Source of the DNA: Chthoniobacteraceae bacterium | Lineage (GTDB): Bacteria > Verrucomicrobiota > Verrucomicrobiia > Chthoniobacterales > Chthoniobacteraceae | Direction: 5' to 3' | NCBI GenBank assembly: GCA_040081625.1 | Contig: JBEBGD010000015.1 | Span: 1 to 64,000 of the forward strand | Length of the DNA stretch: 64,000 bases | Shown: piece after piece, positions 39,360 to 48,059 of the stretch | Numbering within the stretch: position 1 is the first letter of the stretch | Layout of the letters: every line of letters begins with the position of its first letter | Made by a program: the position numbers and the translations under genes | Notes under the pieces: generated by a model | Databases searched by the model: none | What the model was told of the DNA's origin: nothing | The model's input: the letters and a program-made list of their open reading frames with translations, nothing else

Positions 39360-39830
39360 TCACTGCTCCGGCTTCTTCTCCGGCGGCGGTGCCGGGGGCG
39401 GCTCTTCCTTCACCGGCAGCGGCACATCGTTCACATCGAAAAGCGGATCGCCCGGCGTCGGCTTCACCGCGCTGCGCCTGGCCGGCCCGGTGAACAGCTT
39501 GTCGAGCTTGCGGTTCGTCACCACGCTGCCCGGCTTGGGCGTCGATTCCGCTGCGGCGGGGCGGAGGTCGTCGTTCGAGACGTAGCCGGTCACGCCGTTG
39601 TTCTGCATCACGCGGCTGAAACCCATCGCCCGCTTGATCAGCGTCACGCGGGTGCCGGCGGCGAGCATGTCGTCCGCGCCGAAAGTCTGTGCCGGCCCGA
39701 ACTTGTAAAACGGCGCGCGGGCCGCGGTGATCTCGCAAGCCGTCCCCGGCGGAACATCCGGCCCCGATGCGCACGCCCCGAGTAGCGCGGCGAGGACCGG
39801 CACGATGACAGCGAGGGATCGGGAGTTCAT
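39360..39830 (-). CDS. Lipoprotein with SH3-like domain
   Basis: LLGAC lipobox; GTRVTLI..GVTGYV. Confidence 0.65.
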   Translation of the reverse strand: MNSRSLAVIVPVLAALLGACASGPDVPPGTACEITAARAPFYKFGPAQTFGADDMLAAGTRVTLIKRAMGFSRVMQNNGVTGYVSNDDLRPAAAESTPKPGSVVTNRKLDKLFTGPARRSAVKPTPGDPLFDVNDVPLPVKEEPPPAPPPEKKPEQ

Positions 39831-39923
39831 GAACCCCACCTGCTCGCCCGAAAGCGCCTCGCGGGCAACTCCGCGCTACTTCCCGCTTGCCGCGCGTCCG
39901 CCGTCCCGCTGCTCTACGGACCG

Positions 39924-41222
39924 ATGAGTGCCGCCCACAATTCCCGCCGTTCGCTTTGGATTCTCATCGGCCTCGTCGTCGGTGCCGTGGCAGGCGTGAT
40001 CGCGCAGGTCTGGTTCAGCGGCCCGGCGCTCACTGCCGCCGTGACCGATGTCATCAAGCCGATCGGCTCGATTTTCCTGCGGATCATTTTCATGGTCGTC
40101 GTGCCGCTGATCATCTCGGCCATCGTGCTCGGCGTGGTGGAATTGGGAGACCCGCGCCGACTCGGCCGCGTCGGATTGCGCGCGGTCGCGATGACGCTGC
40201 TGCTCTCCGGCTTCAGCGTCGTGCTTGGGCTCACGCTGGTGAATGTCTTCGCGCCCGGCAAACGCATCCCGCCCGAAGTGCGCGACAAACTCATCGCCGC
40301 CTACACCGAGCAGGCGGGAGACAAAATCAAAGCCGCCGAGTCCGCGAAACCGCTTTCGCAGACGCTGCTCGATCTCATCCCCGTCAATCCGCTCGAGGAA
40401 TCGGTCAACGCCTTCAATCCCGACAAGGCCAACGGCGGCCTCATTGGCGTGATGATCTTCAGCCTCTTCATCGGCGTGGCCATGACGATGCTCCCCGCCG
40501 GCACCGAGGCGCCGCTGCGCAACGTGCTCGACGCGATCTTCCGCGTCTGCCTCCAGATCATCGACTTCGCCATGGTGCTCGCGCCGGTCTGCGTCGCGTG
40601 CCTGAGCTTCTCGCTCATGGCGACCACCGGCTGGGAGCTGCTCCACTCGCTGCTCGCGTATTTCCTCGTCGTAGTGGGCGGCATGGCGCTGCACCAGTTC
40701 GGCGTCTATGCCGTCGTTGTGAAAGTGCTCGGCGGAAAATCGCCGCGTGTGTTCTTCCGCGAGATTCGCGAGGCGATAGTCACCGCGTTCGGCACGTCAT
40801 CGAGCAATGCGACGCTCCCCGTCTCGCTGCGCGTCGCCGAGACGGAACTGAAACTGCCGCCGAAAATCTCGCGCTTCGTGCTGACGGTCGGCGCGAGCGC
40901 GAACCAGAACGGCACCGCGCTCTACGAAGGCGTGACGGTCCTCTTCCTCGCGCAGGTCTTCGGCGTCGAGCTCTCGCTAGCGCAGCAGTTCGTCGTCGCG
41001 CTCATGTGCATCCTCGCAGGCGTCGGCACTGCCGGCGTGCCCGGCGGCTCGCTGCCGCTGGTCGTCGGCGTGCTGATGACAATCAATGTGCCCGCCGCCT
41101 CCATCGCGATCATCCTCGGCATCGACCGCTTCCTCGACATGTGCCGCACCGTGCTGAACGTCACCGGCGACCTCGTGATCGCGACGGTGATTTCGCGCGG
41201 CGCGCGAGAGGAAGATCGGTAG
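39924..41222 (+). CDS. Dicarboxylate/amino acid:cation symporter
   Basis: FGTSSSNATLP, GASANQNGTALY, GTAGVPG, DRFLDMCRTVLNVTGD. Confidence 0.93.
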   Translation: MSAAHNSRRSLWILIGLVVGAVAGVIAQVWFSGPALTAAVTDVIKPIGSIFLRIIFMVVVPLIISAIVLGVVELGDPRRLGRVGLRAVAMTLLLSGFSVVLGLTLVNVFAPGKRIPPEVRDKLIAAYTEQAGDKIKAAESAKPLSQTLLDLIPVNPLEESVNAFNPDKANGGLIGVMIFSLFIGVAMTMLPAGTEAPLRNVLDAIFRVCLQIIDFAMVLAPVCVACLSFSLMATTGWELLHSLLAYFLVVVGGMALHQFGVYAVVVKVLGGKSPRVFFREIREAIVTAFGTSSSNATLPVSLRVAETELKLPPKISRFVLTVGASANQNGTALYEGVTVLFLAQVFGVELSLAQQFVVALMCILAGVGTAGVPGGSLPLVVGVLMTINVPAASIAIILGIDRFLDMCRTVLNVTGDLVIATVISRGAREEDR

Positions 41223-41228
41223 CGGCAT

Positions 41229-41347
41229 GGAGCGCTGGCGTCCCCGCCGGCCACAACACGGCAATGCGAAGCATCATACTTTGCCTCGTCGGGCCGAGAT
41301 GGGCGCTGCGCGCGCTGGCGGGTGGCCGGCGGGGACGCCTGCGCTCC
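41229..41347. repeat. REP-like inverted doublet (GGAG-tagged) between convergent genes
   Basis: ggagcgctggcgtccccgccggccac ... gtggccggcggggacgcctgcgctcc. Confidence 0.85.
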
Positions 41348-41348
41348 T

Positions 41349-42716
41349 TCAGACGTATTCGCGCGGGTCGGTGATGTGGCCGGTGAGCGCGCTCGCCGCG
41401 ACCGTGTAAGGCGACGCGAGGAAAACCTGCGATTCCTTGTTCCCCATGCGGCCGGGAAAATTCCGGTTCGTCGCGGAGATGCATTTCATCGGCGTGTTGA
41501 GGCGGCCGAAGGTATCGACCGGACCGCCGAGACAAGCGGCACACGAAGCGTTTTCCGTCATGCGGACGCCGGCGCTTTCGAGGATGGACCACACGCTCTT
41601 GCCCTCCCACATCGTGTCCTTCAGCTCGCGCACGACCTTCGTCGTCGCTGGCACGCCGAAGGTGTCGATCTTCACCGTCTGGCCTTTCACGATGTGGGCG
41701 AAGGCGAGGAAGTCGCTCGTCTTGCCGCCGGTGCAGGAGCCGATGTAGGCGCGATCGAGCGTCACGTCCTTCAGCTCGCGCGCGGTCTTGCGCTGGCCCG
41801 GATCGGGATGGCACGCGACGGTCGGCTCGAGCTTCGTGAGATCGTAGGTCTTGTCGTAGCAAAACGACTGCTCGCGATCGATCTCGACAGGCTCGAACTC
41901 GCTCTTCGTGCCGTTCTCGGCGACGCGCTCGCGCACGTATTCGCCGGTCTTTTCGTCGTAGGGGAAGATGCCATTCTTGGCGCCGGCCTCGATCGCCATG
42001 TTCGCGATCGTCATGCGGTCGTCCATGTTCATCGAGTTCACGCCGGGGCCTTCCCACTGCATCGCGCGATAGGTCGCGCCGTCGAAGCCGATGTCGCCGA
42101 TCACGTGCAGGATCACGTCCTTCGCCATCACGCCCGCGGGTAGTTCGCCCTCGAGGTAAAAGCGCATCGTCTCCGGCACCTTCAGCAGGATCTTCCCCGT
42201 GCCGAGCACGAAGCCCGCGTCGGTGTTGCCGATGCCGGTGGCGAATTGGTTGAACGCGCCCGCCATGCACGTGTGCGAGTCGGTGCCGACGAGCACTTCA
42301 CCCGGTCGTAGATGGCCTTTCCAAGGCAGCGTCGTGTGGCAGACGCCCGTGTAGTTGTCCCCGTGCTGGCGATCGTGCAGCCCCTTCGATGCGTCGAATT
42401 TCCAGTGCCCGTTCGGGTCGTCGATCACGTCGTAGAAATACGGCAGCCCCTGCACGCGCACGAAGTCGCGCAGGATATCGACGTTGCGATTCGACATCGA
42501 GTCGGCGGTGAAAATGTAGTGGTCGGGGATGATGACGACCTTCTTCCGGTCCCACACCTTCGCGTCCTTTCCGAACTCGCGCTTGAAGACGCCGATCGTT
42601 CCCGGCCCGCACACGTCGTGGGTCATCAGCACATCGACATTCACCCACACGTTGTCCCCCGGCGCGACGTGCGCCTGTCCACCGGAGCGTGCGAGCAGCT
42701 TTTCAGTAAGTGTCAT
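41349..42716 (-). CDS. leuC: 3-isopropylmalate dehydratase/homoaconitase-type large subunit
   Basis: MTLTEK, PDH, DSHTC, IGSCTGG, CAACLG, TNRNFPGRMG. Confidence 0.88.
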   Translation of the reverse strand: MTLTEKLLARSGGQAHVAPGDNVWVNVDVLMTHDVCGPGTIGVFKREFGKDAKVWDRKKVVIIPDHYIFTADSMSNRNVDILRDFVRVQGLPYFYDVIDDPNGHWKFDASKGLHDRQHGDNYTGVCHTTLPWKGHLRPGEVLVGTDSHTCMAGAFNQFATGIGNTDAGFVLGTGKILLKVPETMRFYLEGELPAGVMAKDVILHVIGDIGFDGATYRAMQWEGPGVNSMNMDDRMTIANMAIEAGAKNGIFPYDEKTGEYVRERVAENGTKSEFEPVEIDREQSFCYDKTYDLTKLEPTVACHPDPGQRKTARELKDVTLDRAYIGSCTGGKTSDFLAFAHIVKGQTVKIDTFGVPATTKVVRELKDTMWEGKSVWSILESAGVRMTENASCAACLGGPVDTFGRLNTPMKCISATNRNFPGRMGNKESQVFLASPYTVAASALTGHITDPREYV

Positions 42717-42760
42717 TGGACTGGCAAACTGGCGCGCGGCTGTAACGGCGGCAAATGGAA

Positions 42761-45571
42761 TCACTGCCGCCCGGGGACGCGGGCGGACGATGGGAGCGGA
42801 GCGATGGGGAGACCTTCGCGGATGATTTCGATACCGCCGAGGATCGTCGCTCCGTCGCGCGCGGTGAGCGCGATCGTGAGCGCGCCGTCGGTCACGGCGA
42901 CGTTCGGAATCGTCTTCGTGAGCACGCGCATCGCGCCGCCGGACTCGGTGAACACGTCGAGCCTCTCCAGCGCCACGCGGTCCTGCACGCGCACGTCGAA
43001 AACTCGTCCGCTCGCGACATCCGGTTCCGCAAAGACGAGCCGCACGGTGTAAGTGCCCGGCTTCAAACCCGAGATCGTCGCACTGCGCAGACCGCGCACG
43101 CCCGACGCCGCGACCCACGGCCAGCCTTCGCCGCCTTCGATCCAGACGGAGTGATGATAATACACGTCCGGCGCCGCGGGCTCGGTGCGCACAGCGATCT
43201 CGGGCGACGGACCGCCGACGGACGGGTGATCGAGCCACAGCGTGCCGTCGTCGGTTTTGCGATCGCCGGGCGCGCCGAAGTTGATGCCGATGCGCTCGAT
43301 CTTCCCCGCGAGCGCGGCGGCGGGCACGGTGCCCCACGAGGTCCATTGCTCGAACGTCGGCGGCAGGCTCACGAGCGCGAGCGCCATCGGCAGCGGGTAG
43401 CTGCATGTGCAGCCTTCGTAAAAATACGGCACGCTCAGGATGCCGTTCGCGGGAACGATGCTGTTCGTGCAGCCGGAGCGCGGACCGCTGATGTGGATGG
43501 TGCCGCTGTCGAGCCGCTTGTCGTAAAACGCCGCGGTGCCCGAGCGCATCGTGTAGATCGAGCCGTAGTCGAAGCCGCCGTCGCAGCCGTAGCTCTTCGG
43601 GAAGACGCGCGGCTCTTCTTCGCCGGTGAGCGGGTTCACGCGCATGCCGGCTTTCGGCGCGTCGGGCTTCCAGTCGTTCTTTTGCTGCGGCGGTCGGTAT
43701 TGGCTGGGCTGGATCGTTTGCAGATCCGTTTTTGCAAAGCGCGTCCGCAAGTCCGCGGCCTCGTAATCGTCGAGCACGCGGCCCGTATAGACATCGCTGA
43801 AGACAGGCGGCAGCAGCCGGTAATCGACCGCACCCTTGCGAGTGGACGCGTCGAGCCAGTCCTTGTCGGAGGTGATCATCACACCATCGAGAATCCGCGG
43901 CTGCGGCGAGCGCTTGAAGTTGCTGACCATGTCGCCAAACCACAGCACGCCGAGCGGCGCCTTCACGAGCGCGTCGTCGCTCGAGGTCCAGTCGGCGTTG
44001 TAGTTCGTGCTGCCTTCGAGCGCGCCTTCGCGCGTGATCACGGCGAGTCCGTTCGCGTGCAGCTTCGCGCTCGCGCGCGGAAGTTTTGCCTTCTCCGCAA
44101 TCGCGAGCAGCGCCGCCGGGCCAACCATCTGCCCGCCGTAAGGCCGCAGCCACGCATACATTTTTTCCAGCGCCGCGGCGTCGGGCAGCGCGGCGTCGGG
44201 CGCGAACGCGATGAGGTTTGCGAAGTAGGGCGGCAAGCCGTGTGCGGCTTCGCGCACCGCGACGCGCTGGCCGTAGAGATGCGCGGACGCGAGTCGCTTT
44301 CGCGCGTCGGCGACTTTCGGCGCGATGGCGAGAATCCTGAGCTGGCCGCGCTCAGCCAGCGTCTCGAGAAAGCCCGACTCACCCAATCCGATGACCACCG
44401 CGTATCCGCGCTCCGCGCCGGACGCGTTCAGCACCTTCTCGGCGAACTGGTCATCGGTCTTCGGCGCGACGCGCTCGCGCTTCCAGTGCTTCGCTTCACC
44501 TGCTTCCGCGCCGAGCGCGGTGAGCCGGCCTTCCTCGGTCACGACAAAGCACTTCCCATCCGCCGCGATGACGCTGTGGACTTTGCCCGACACGCCAGGG
44601 AACGCCTCGTCGAAACTCCACTCGCGTTCGCCCGCGCGGAAGCTGCGCCGCACGCCCTCGTCGCCCTTCTGCCACGGCTTGTCCTCGTGCCGCTTCGCGT
44701 TGACTTCGCTGTCGAAGATCAGCCCGCGCCGCTTGAGCTTCTGCGCTTCCTTCGCCTCGGGCGTGGACGCGAACCATCCGCCCGGCAGCCGGCCCGCAGC
44801 GGGCAGCGCAAACTCCTTCAGCGCGCCGGTCGCGAGATCGAATCGCGCGGGATACGCCGAGCTGCTCGGCACGATGAGGTCGCCGTCGTCGATGAGCAGA
44901 TAGCCCTGCGGCGCGATGCCGCCGAACGCCTCGGCATTGTGCGGATGCACGCCGTAGATGTAGCCGGTGCGATCGTTCAGCCACACGACGCGCCCGGTCG
45001 CCGCGTCGAGGCAGTAAATGAACACGCCCTCCAGCGGCCACACGCCTGCGGCGAAATAGACGCGCCCCTCGCGCAGCACCGGCCCACCGCGCACCGGCCA
45101 CACGGAGATGAGCCGCTCATTTCCGATGAGCTGCCGATCGTTCGGCACCGCGCGCTTTTCCCACACCAGCCGCCCCGTGTCCGCGGCGACGCAGCGCACC
45201 ACTCCGTCGTCGGAGCCGAAGATCACGCGCCCATCGCCCGCGACGGGCGCGAAGCGGACCGGCCCATCCGCGTGCGCGCGCCACAGCTCCGCGCCGGTGT
45301 CGGTGTCGAACGCCATCACGCAATCCTCGCGCGACGACGCGACGAAGAGCCGCTTGCCGAGCACGACCGGCTCGTAGCCGCGATCGAATTGCAGCCGCGT
45401 GTCGCGATAAGCGGGCGTGAGAGGCGGGAGTTCGCGCGACCAGAGCACGCGCAGGTTTTCCGGCAGTGCGTCGGCGATTGTCGCGGTGCGGCCAGCGTCG
45501 GCGCGCCACATCGGCCAGTCGGCGGCGTTCGCGAGGCCGGAGAGGATGAGGAGAAGGAGCGGGAGTCTCAC
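42761..45571 (-). CDS. Exported PQQ-like beta-propeller protein with C-terminal malectin-like domain
   Basis: ADWPMWR, repeated DxxTGxxxW, YTVRLVFAEP..RVFDV. Confidence 0.8.
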   Translation of the reverse strand: MRLPLLLLILSGLANAADWPMWRADAGRTATIADALPENLRVLWSRELPPLTPAYRDTRLQFDRGYEPVVLGKRLFVASSREDCVMAFDTDTGAELWRAHADGPVRFAPVAGDGRVIFGSDDGVVRCVAADTGRLVWEKRAVPNDRQLIGNERLISVWPVRGGPVLREGRVYFAAGVWPLEGVFIYCLDAATGRVVWLNDRTGYIYGVHPHNAEAFGGIAPQGYLLIDDGDLIVPSSSAYPARFDLATGALKEFALPAAGRLPGGWFASTPEAKEAQKLKRRGLIFDSEVNAKRHEDKPWQKGDEGVRRSFRAGEREWSFDEAFPGVSGKVHSVIAADGKCFVVTEEGRLTALGAEAGEAKHWKRERVAPKTDDQFAEKVLNASGAERGYAVVIGLGESGFLETLAERGQLRILAIAPKVADARKRLASAHLYGQRVAVREAAHGLPPYFANLIAFAPDAALPDAAALEKMYAWLRPYGGQMVGPAALLAIAEKAKLPRASAKLHANGLAVITREGALEGSTNYNADWTSSDDALVKAPLGVLWFGDMVSNFKRSPQPRILDGVMITSDKDWLDASTRKGAVDYRLLPPVFSDVYTGRVLDDYEAADLRTRFAKTDLQTIQPSQYRPPQQKNDWKPDAPKAGMRVNPLTGEEEPRVFPKSYGCDGGFDYGSIYTMRSGTAAFYDKRLDSGTIHISGPRSGCTNSIVPANGILSVPYFYEGCTCSYPLPMALALVSLPPTFEQWTSWGTVPAAALAGKIERIGINFGAPGDRKTDDGTLWLDHPSVGGPSPEIAVRTEPAAPDVYYHHSVWIEGGEGWPWVAASGVRGLRSATISGLKPGTYTVRLVFAEPDVASGRVFDVRVQDRVALERLDVFTESGGAMRVLTKTIPNVAVTDGALTIALTARDGATILGGIEIIREGLPIAPLPSSARVPGRQ

Positions 45572-45619
45572 GGGGGAAGTGTGCAGCGCCTACCTGCGCT
45601 GTGGCGAAACCTTTGCCGT

Positions 45620-45690
45620 GTTCTCGCCACGAAGGACACGAAGGTGGAGGTCTAATCTTCGTGGCCTTCGTGTGCTTCGTGGTTGAGAAC
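45620..45690. repeat. Intergenic hairpin of 9-mer repeats (CACGAAG / CTTCGTG cores)
   Basis: gttctcgccacgaaggacacgaagg ... cttcgtggccttcgtgtgcttcgtggttgagaac. Confidence 0.8.
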
Positions 45691-45700
45691 CACTTCGCTT

Positions 45701-46765
45701 ATGGGCCGCTCCCGCCTTTCTCCCACTCCGATCTTCATCGTCCTTTGCTTGTCTGGCATCGTCGTCGCGCTCGCGTGTCAGGTCCCGGTCTTTCGTTACG
45801 CGCTCGAGCGGTGGGCGCCGGCGGAGTATCTCGTCTCCGTCACGCCTTCCGGAGGCGGACTGACGGATTCGGAGAAAAAACTCGTCGAGGCTTTGCGCGC
45901 TGCGCCGGGCGATGCGGTGAATCCGGCGAACATCGAGGTGCAGGTCGAGGCACCCGGATCGAGCAGCCCCGCGCAGCTCGCGCTGCATTACCCGAACAAG
46001 CTCCGCGACGCTGCCGGGAAGCCGATCTGGCAGGTGCCGCTGAACGACGAGAATGTGCGGCGCCTCGTCGATTCGCCTGCGCGACAGGAGCTGCGCCAGC
46101 GCTTGCTCGCCGGCGAGTCCGCGATCTGGGTGCTCGTGGAAAGCGGCGACCGCGCGAAGGACGACGCGGCGTTCGCGGCGCTCGCGCAGTCGCTCGAGGA
46201 AGCGGCAGGATCGCTCAAGCTGCCCGATGGCGTCGTGACACAAGCGGCGGTGAAGTCGGGCACGCGCGTCAACGAGCAGGCGGACGTGCTTCGCACCGAT
46301 TTGCCGTTGAAGATCAGCTTCTCCACGCTGCGCGTGCGGCGCGACGATCCGGCGGAGGTCGTGCTGCTCGCCATGCTCACGCACATGGAGCCCGACCTCG
46401 GCGGTCTCGCGGGCGAGCCGATGGCCTTTCCCGTTTTCGGCCGGGGCCGCACGCTCGAACCGCTCGTCGGCGCGGGCATTCACAAGGGCAACGTCATCGA
46501 ACACTCGACGTATCTCTGCGGCGCGTGTTCGTGCGAAGTGAAGGATCAGAATCCCGGCATCGACCTGCTCGTCGCCGCGAACTGGTCGCCGGTGGACACC
46601 ACGCCGCAGCTCGAGATCATCCGCATCGCGCCGACCGCGGAGACGCCGCCCGCGCGGCGCACGCCGACCATCCCGATCGCCATCGTTGTCGCGCTGATCG
46701 CGCTCGCGTTCGTCGCGATGCGGCGCCGCTCACGGATTCGTCACTCCGACTTCCGCCCGCGGTAG
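45701..46765 (+). CDS. Conserved hypothetical exported/membrane-anchored protein
   Basis: CQVPVFRYALERW, FPVFGRGR, CGACSCEVK; C-terminal TM. Confidence 0.75.
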   Translation: MGRSRLSPTPIFIVLCLSGIVVALACQVPVFRYALERWAPAEYLVSVTPSGGGLTDSEKKLVEALRAAPGDAVNPANIEVQVEAPGSSSPAQLALHYPNKLRDAAGKPIWQVPLNDENVRRLVDSPARQELRQRLLAGESAIWVLVESGDRAKDDAAFAALAQSLEEAAGSLKLPDGVVTQAAVKSGTRVNEQADVLRTDLPLKISFSTLRVRRDDPAEVVLLAMLTHMEPDLGGLAGEPMAFPVFGRGRTLEPLVGAGIHKGNVIEHSTYLCGACSCEVKDQNPGIDLLVAANWSPVDTTPQLEIIRIAPTAETPPARRTPTIPIAIVVALIALAFVAMRRRSRIRHSDFRPR

Positions 46766-47928
46766 CTCACGGCGAACCACACGCCGACGAGCGCCGCCGC
46801 GCCGCTGACGCCGAACCAGAAGCGCGGCCAGTCCGTGCCGAGCGGTGTCGCACACGCGTTGCGCCACCAGCCATTGCTGAGGAAGCCGATGAAGCTGCCG
46901 ACGCCCGTGAGCATCACGCTGAAAAGCGCCTGCGCCCGCGCGCGCATCGCGGGATCGACGCGCTGCTCGAGGTAGATCTGCGCGGTGATGAAAAACAGCG
47001 TGAACGCGAAGCCGTGCAGCGCGATGCCGGCGATCAGCCACGCCTTCGTGTCGAGCGCGCACAGCGCAAAGCGCAGCACGCCGAAGCCGACACCGACGAG
47101 GAAAACGCGCTTGAGCCGCAGCCGCGCGATGAGCCCGGCGAGCAGGAACATCGAGATGAGTTCGCTGATCTGCCCGATGCCCATTACCGCCGTCGCGTGG
47201 TCCACGCCGAGATGCGTGAGATGGATCGGCGTGAACGGATAGAACGCCGCCATCGGGATGTTGTAGAGCGCGGCGGCGAGGAAGACGACGCGGTGATTCG
47301 GATCGCGGAAGAGCGCGAGCGCGGAGAAGCCGAATGCATCGCGCGGGCCGGTGCGCGCGGTCGGCGGGAGCGCGGGCAGCGCGTAGGTGAAAAGCGCGGT
47401 CACGATCCATGCGACGGCGCCCGCGTAGCCGCTCACCGTGGAGGCGTCCGCATTCAGGACGAAGCTCACGATCCAGCCCGCGGCCATCCAGCCAAAGGTC
47501 GCGAGCGAGCGCAGCGGCCCGAACTCGCGGCCCGCATCGCGCAGCTCGGCCATGACGATGCTCGTGCATAATCCGAAGAGCGGCGCCGCGCAGATCGCCT
47601 GCACCAGCGCCAGCGCGAGCACCGGCCCCACGCCCCAGCCGCGCTCGATCGCGGTGAACATCAGCACGAGCGCGCCCGCCGTCATCATTGCCAGCCAGCG
47701 CACGAGCCGCAGCGGCGACACGGCTTGATCGGCCAGCGCGCCGACGGCGAGCGGCGAGATGAAGGCGGCGATGCCGCTGCACGCATAAGCGTAGCCGATG
47801 ATGTGCTCGAGCCCGTGCGTTCGGAGCACGTTGCCGAAGTTCACATTCCACATTCCCAGCGCCGCGCCGCTCAGGAAAAAGAGCGTCGCGAGTTTCCAGC
47901 GTGGAGCGGTGGGATGAGAGTCGGGCAC
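46741..47928 (-). CDS. MFS transporter (nucleoside:H+ symporter-like)
   Basis: About 12 TM helices, GALAD, GQISE, LHG..F. Confidence 0.85.
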   Translation of the reverse strand: MPDSHPTAPRWKLATLFFLSGAALGMWNVNFGNVLRTHGLEHIIGYAYACSGIAAFISPLAVGALADQAVSPLRLVRWLAMMTAGALVLMFTAIERGWGVGPVLALALVQAICAAPLFGLCTSIVMAELRDAGREFGPLRSLATFGWMAAGWIVSFVLNADASTVSGYAGAVAWIVTALFTYALPALPPTARTGPRDAFGFSALALFRDPNHRVVFLAAALYNIPMAAFYPFTPIHLTHLGVDHATAVMGIGQISELISMFLLAGLIARLRLKRVFLVGVGFGVLRFALCALDTKAWLIAGIALHGFAFTLFFITAQIYLEQRVDPAMRARAQALFSVMLTGVGSFIGFLSNGWWRNACATPLGTDWPRFWFGVSGAAALVGVWFAVSYRGRKSE

Positions 47929-47963
47929 GAGGTGAAAGCGGACACGCTAGCGCATGACGCAAG

Positions 47964-48058
47964 CAAGGAGGGGCGGCGTCTCGCCGCCCTGAGCCCCAAA
48001 GGGGCTCCAAAGGGAGCCGCTATCGCGGCTCAGGGCGGCGAGACGCTGCCCCTCCTTG
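47964..48058. repeat. REP-like inverted doublet (GGAG-tagged), near-perfect 32-bp arms
   Basis: caaggaggggcggcgtctcgccgccctgagcc ... ggctcagggcggcgagacgctgcccctccttg. Confidence 0.9.
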
Positions 48059-48059
48059 G

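Noticed and set aside
38701..42716. leuC and leuD separated by two genes, as a possible island
   Set aside because: Intervening genes have normal composition and no mobility genes.
42755..45655. 966-aa plus-strand ORF and other long shadow ORFs (e.g. 28944-31109, 35331-37160, 15320-17386)
   Set aside because: Antisense to well-supported genes; expected from high-GC codon bias; no motifs.
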